Origin: Leptospiraceae bacterium
GTDB lineage: Bacteria; Spirochaetota; Leptospiria; Leptospirales; Leptospiraceae
Direction: 5' to 3'
NCBI GenBank assembly: GCA_024233835.1
Contig: JACKPC010000001.1
Span: 1,605,442-1,669,441, forward strand
DNA length: 64,000 nt
Shown piece after piece: positions 60,723 to 64,000 of the stretch. Made by a program: the position numbers and the translations under genes. Every line of letters begins with the position of its first letter. The first letter of the stretch is position 1. The notes below the pieces were generated by a model that searched no databases, was not told the DNA's origin, and was given only the letters and a program-made list of their open reading frames with translations.

Positions 60723-61343
60723 TCATATAAGGTTTAAACCTATTTCCTGAGCTTCAACAGTAAATTCGTCTAAATCAATTTCCCTATTAATTTTTAAAAT
60801 AACATCGCTCTTCATCGATTCGGATGAGAAAATTTTATTTATTAATTTCATCGGGATTTCTTTTTCATAGTATTCTTTGGAAAAATCGAAATATTTCTTC
60901 TGAGGATCTGAAAATATATGTAATAGCATATTCTTTTCATTCCCATAACTTTTCCATCTCTTTTGTCCGGATTCCCAAAAGGACAAAAAAGTTGAATATG
61001 GAATTGAAAATGCCGGTTCATTCAGGAAATTTCTAATAAAATGATTATCGGTTTCTCTTTGTTCTGTAATGAACTTTTGGCACTCTTCATTCTGTTGCTT
61101 ATTGTAAACCTTGATGCCACAATTATTGTTCTCAAATAGAATGAAGTATTCATTTCCACTTCCGTCTCTCATAGAAGCCATTTGTTGGTTTAAGTCCCAG
61201 GAATGGTTAAAAGAATAGTAACGATACTCCCATTCAGGAGAAATGATTGCGTCTAAAAATGCCAATCGCTGAGAAATAAATAGTATCTGTTTGGGTTCTG
61301 GTAAATTCATTTGTGAAACCCTTATTATGTATTTAAAAATCAA
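60723..61343 (-). CDS. hypothetical protein
   Basis: 206-aa ORF. No motif. Confidence 0.35.
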   Translation of the reverse strand: MIFKYIIRVSQMNLPEPKQILFISQRLAFLDAIISPEWEYRYYSFNHSWDLNQQMASMRDGSGNEYFILFENNNCGIKVYNKQQNEECQKFITEQRETDNHFIRNFLNEPAFSIPYSTFLSFWESGQKRWKSYGNEKNMLLHIFSDPQKKYFDFSKEYYEKEIPMKLINKIFSSESMKSDVILKINREIDLDEFTVEAQEIGLNLI

Positions 61344-61373
61344 GAATCGTAAATCTGTTTAAGTTCTCAAGCA

Positions 61374-61407
61374 TAAAAAAAGCAAGTGAACCGTAAGTCC
61401 ACTTGCT
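61374..61407 (-). terminator. rho-independent terminator of 61442..63919
   Basis: Minus-strand hairpin GCAAGTG-N11-CACTTGC followed by U7. Confidence 0.55.
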
Positions 61408-61441
61408 TTAGTATATTAGATTGTTCTAACTATTTTACTTC

Positions 61442-63919
61442 TTATTTAGCACATACTGAATCTGCAAAACTGGCGACCTGTTTTCCTTCTGAATTTACAG
61501 GGTTTCCATCTACGATACAAACAGCTGTACTGCTGGAGTCTTTTGTTGGATCAGCCCCGATGTCTGCAAACTTTTTATCTTCATCACTTGGAGTAAAGTC
61601 GGCAAGAGCTGTAGCAGCCTCTGTTTTCAGAGCACTTACATCGGTTCCTGCAGCAGCCGGATTGTATTTTATTGCAACTGAAAGATGTTTCACATAGTAA
61701 GAAACTTCACTTGCAGTACCTGTTGTCGAATCTAAAGTTTTAGTACTTAGTTTGGAACCATCCGGAATTACAGCTACCGGTTTGTAACTCATGAAGTCAT
61801 TCGGATCTGCATTCGGATCCTGAACCCAGGGAATATCAAATTGTCCAAAACCCATGTAGTTAGCCGTAAACATTCCTTTCGCTGTTTTTATTGTAAAAGG
61901 AATGGGTTTATCAAACTTAACCGGAGTTCCATCAGCATTTTTTAAGATAGCCTTTTTCTCCCATTCGTTAGTTCCGTAATTCCAGGAGTAGGTTACAGTT
62001 GCTGTAGCCGGATCAAAAATCTTTTGGCATTCATTCACATTGGCAAAAGAAAGAGCTGTTCCGTGCATACCATAAACAGGTTGGGTAACGATTGTAGAGC
62101 CGCTTTTTAGAGTTAAATCTGTTCCTAAAGTATATTGAGTACCTGTGTAACCGACTCCACCGGCAGTATAGCAGGCATTTGCATCATATTTGTACAGAGT
62201 TTTTGCAGTAGCATTTTCATCAACTTCTTCGAAAATTTCGGCTATTACATTTGTTTGTCCACCGATAAAGTTTAAGGATTTTCCACTGGAACTCTCTCCT
62301 GCTAAGTAAAAGAAATAAAATTGACCGGCGTTAATAGTCAAATTCCCGCTGGTATCTGTACAGGTTTTCTTATACGTATTTGGATCGTTAGTGCAGGATT
62401 TACTTTTCACCCAGTTTGTTCCATCATATTTAACCACAAACTCTGCGTAGGTAGTCGGATCATAATATGTTAATGGAACATCTTTTAAATCGGCAAGAGC
62501 AATAGTCTCACGGATTTGACGTGATACACGACCCGGTATAACGGATACGGTATATTCTCCGCCTACAGTTCCATCAAATTTTACTTCAGTTACTTTTTCA
62601 TTATCAACAGCATTACTCATCAAGCCGGTTGCCTGGTCATAAAAACTTACACCCCAGCGACTTGCCCAGCCTTCCTTCGTTCCACTTTTTACAGGGAACC
62701 CGGTATTTAGTACTACACGATTTCCTTCTGCATTGTATAAGCCATAACTATATACAATTTTTTCAGGGTTATTACGACTGATAATCGATTCCACCGATTT
62801 TCCTGTATTCATATCAGGAAGTTGTGTATAAACATAATCTTTGTTCCAACTGGATGTAGATACCGGAAAGTTCATATCTCCCTGGCCAGCATTATAAGAT
62901 AATCTCTGGGTTACTTTTCCGGATTCTCCACCATTTGAGGTTTCTATTACGATGGATTCAGTTGATGCCGTTGTAATGGTATTTCCATTCATATTCATGG
63001 TTACACTGGCAGTATCCCAAATTTTAAGTTCTTCTTTATTTGTTGCAGAATCAGTTGATTTCTTCAAAATAAAGATCCCGGACATTTTAGATCCGCTTGC
63101 TGCATCATCCAGAGATAAAGAAAGAGCCATTTCAAAAGCTCCCCCGGTTTGCACGGTTGACTTTACTCCATCGATAGTAACTTCTTTATTTGTTGGAGGA
63201 CTTAATACCTTGAAAGCTAAGGTTAATTTGGGTTTGACAACACCAAAGTTCAAGGAGCCCCACATCTTTACAAGTAGTGGAGGGCCATCGGTAGTAGAGG
63301 CCTGAACTGTCCAGTTTGCTTTCTGAGCCTGTCCCTGGGCTCCGCCACTGGAACCACCTGATGAGGATTGATCCATAGGCATAGTAAATTTGACTTTTCT
63401 TGGTCCTTTATCTACCAGATATTTATAACCACTGAGATTCATCATTTGAAAAAATTGATCAATCTGTTTTAACTGGTAAGTAATGGGATCCATAGAAAAC
63501 ACTTCAGGCTCATCCTTGGCGAAGTCCCCTTTCGTGGAAACACCATCCGTTTCTGCCTGGGTAGCAAGAAGTATACTTTTTGCGATACTGGAAATATCAG
63601 TATTTTGCAAAGAGCGGATTGCCTGGTTAAGCACAGAATTACTGGTGGTTATACTACTGGTATTACTTACAATAGAAAGCCGGGTAGGTAATACATAGGA
63701 GGTAGCACCATTTGAATTCAGTGCGTTTGCTCCGGAAGCGGCAGGACGATTCATTGCCATAAGGGCAATTGCCATATTCTGATCATCATTCTTCTTTTCT
63801 TTTTTACAATTAGCAAATGAAAAAATTGTTAGAAGGGAAAGAGCCGAAACAATATACCTAACATTTTTAGGCATCATAAAAATCTCCATAGGAATAAGAT
63901 AAAATCTTTTTAGCTTCAC
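61442..63919 (-). CDS. large hypothetical lipoprotein (825 aa)
   Basis: Signal plus lipobox-like SFANC. Gly/Ser/Thr-rich. No catalytic motif. Confidence 0.5.
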   Translation of the reverse strand: MKLKRFYLIPMEIFMMPKNVRYIVSALSLLTIFSFANCKKEKKNDDQNMAIALMAMNRPAASGANALNSNGATSYVLPTRLSIVSNTSSITTSNSVLNQAIRSLQNTDISSIAKSILLATQAETDGVSTKGDFAKDEPEVFSMDPITYQLKQIDQFFQMMNLSGYKYLVDKGPRKVKFTMPMDQSSSGGSSGGAQGQAQKANWTVQASTTDGPPLLVKMWGSLNFGVVKPKLTLAFKVLSPPTNKEVTIDGVKSTVQTGGAFEMALSLSLDDAASGSKMSGIFILKKSTDSATNKEELKIWDTASVTMNMNGNTITTASTESIVIETSNGGESGKVTQRLSYNAGQGDMNFPVSTSSWNKDYVYTQLPDMNTGKSVESIISRNNPEKIVYSYGLYNAEGNRVVLNTGFPVKSGTKEGWASRWGVSFYDQATGLMSNAVDNEKVTEVKFDGTVGGEYTVSVIPGRVSRQIRETIALADLKDVPLTYYDPTTYAEFVVKYDGTNWVKSKSCTNDPNTYKKTCTDTSGNLTINAGQFYFFYLAGESSSGKSLNFIGGQTNVIAEIFEEVDENATAKTLYKYDANACYTAGGVGYTGTQYTLGTDLTLKSGSTIVTQPVYGMHGTALSFANVNECQKIFDPATATVTYSWNYGTNEWEKKAILKNADGTPVKFDKPIPFTIKTAKGMFTANYMGFGQFDIPWVQDPNADPNDFMSYKPVAVIPDGSKLSTKTLDSTTGTASEVSYYVKHLSVAIKYNPAAAGTDVSALKTEAATALADFTPSDEDKKFADIGADPTKDSSSTAVCIVDGNPVNSEGKQVASFADSVCAK

Positions 63920-64000
63920 TTTTTAGGTAATGTTGTCGCATCAAGTAATTTGACCAACAAAAGCGATGTTAATATTTTTTGGGAAGAAAAAAATATTTTT

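Noticed and set aside
1-64000. Searched for CRISPR arrays, tRNA genes (GTTCGA T-loop plus acceptor pairing), integrase/transposase genes and long direct or inverted repeats
   Set aside because: None found by eye. Only short hairpin palindromes and the 5S rRNA were detected. A tRNAscan/CRISPR-finder run would be needed to be certain.

Overview
This 64-kb window is AT-rich chromosomal DNA that looks spirochaetal, most likely Leptospira. The gene content supports this: spirochaete-specific flbB, split flagellar loci, a stand-alone 5S rRNA gene, multiple 7TMR-DISM sensors, ankyrin-repeat and lipoprotein-rich hypothetical proteins. I found no integrase, transposase, CRISPR array or tRNA, so it reads as a core or ordinary region. 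Recognisable genes: fliI-fliJ-flbB and flgB-flgC-fliE flagellar loci (minus strand); rplU-prp-rpmA, rpmE, rho, typA/bipA, asnS, msrA, trmL, bioA, trkH/ktrB-type K+ transporter, yceI; a VapBC toxin-antitoxin pair; a TonB-dependent receptor; three class III nucleotide cyclases and sensor kinases (two with paralogous 7TMR-DISM input modules); an orphan 5S rRNA. Most noteworthy observations: an operon encoding an IscU/NifU-like protein fused to pentapeptide repeats, with an anti-sigma-factor antagonist (STAS) protein; msrA has an intact catalytic N-terminus but no ATG/GTG/TTG start; a small family of related palindromic hairpins, two of which flank the fliI-fliJ-flbB block; a secreted ADGF-type adenosine deaminase; Rho with an N/G/S-rich N-terminal extension; a GC-rich 230-nt untranslated island between convergent genes. 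No single obviously novel multi-gene system (defence or otherwise) could be demonstrated from sequence alone.
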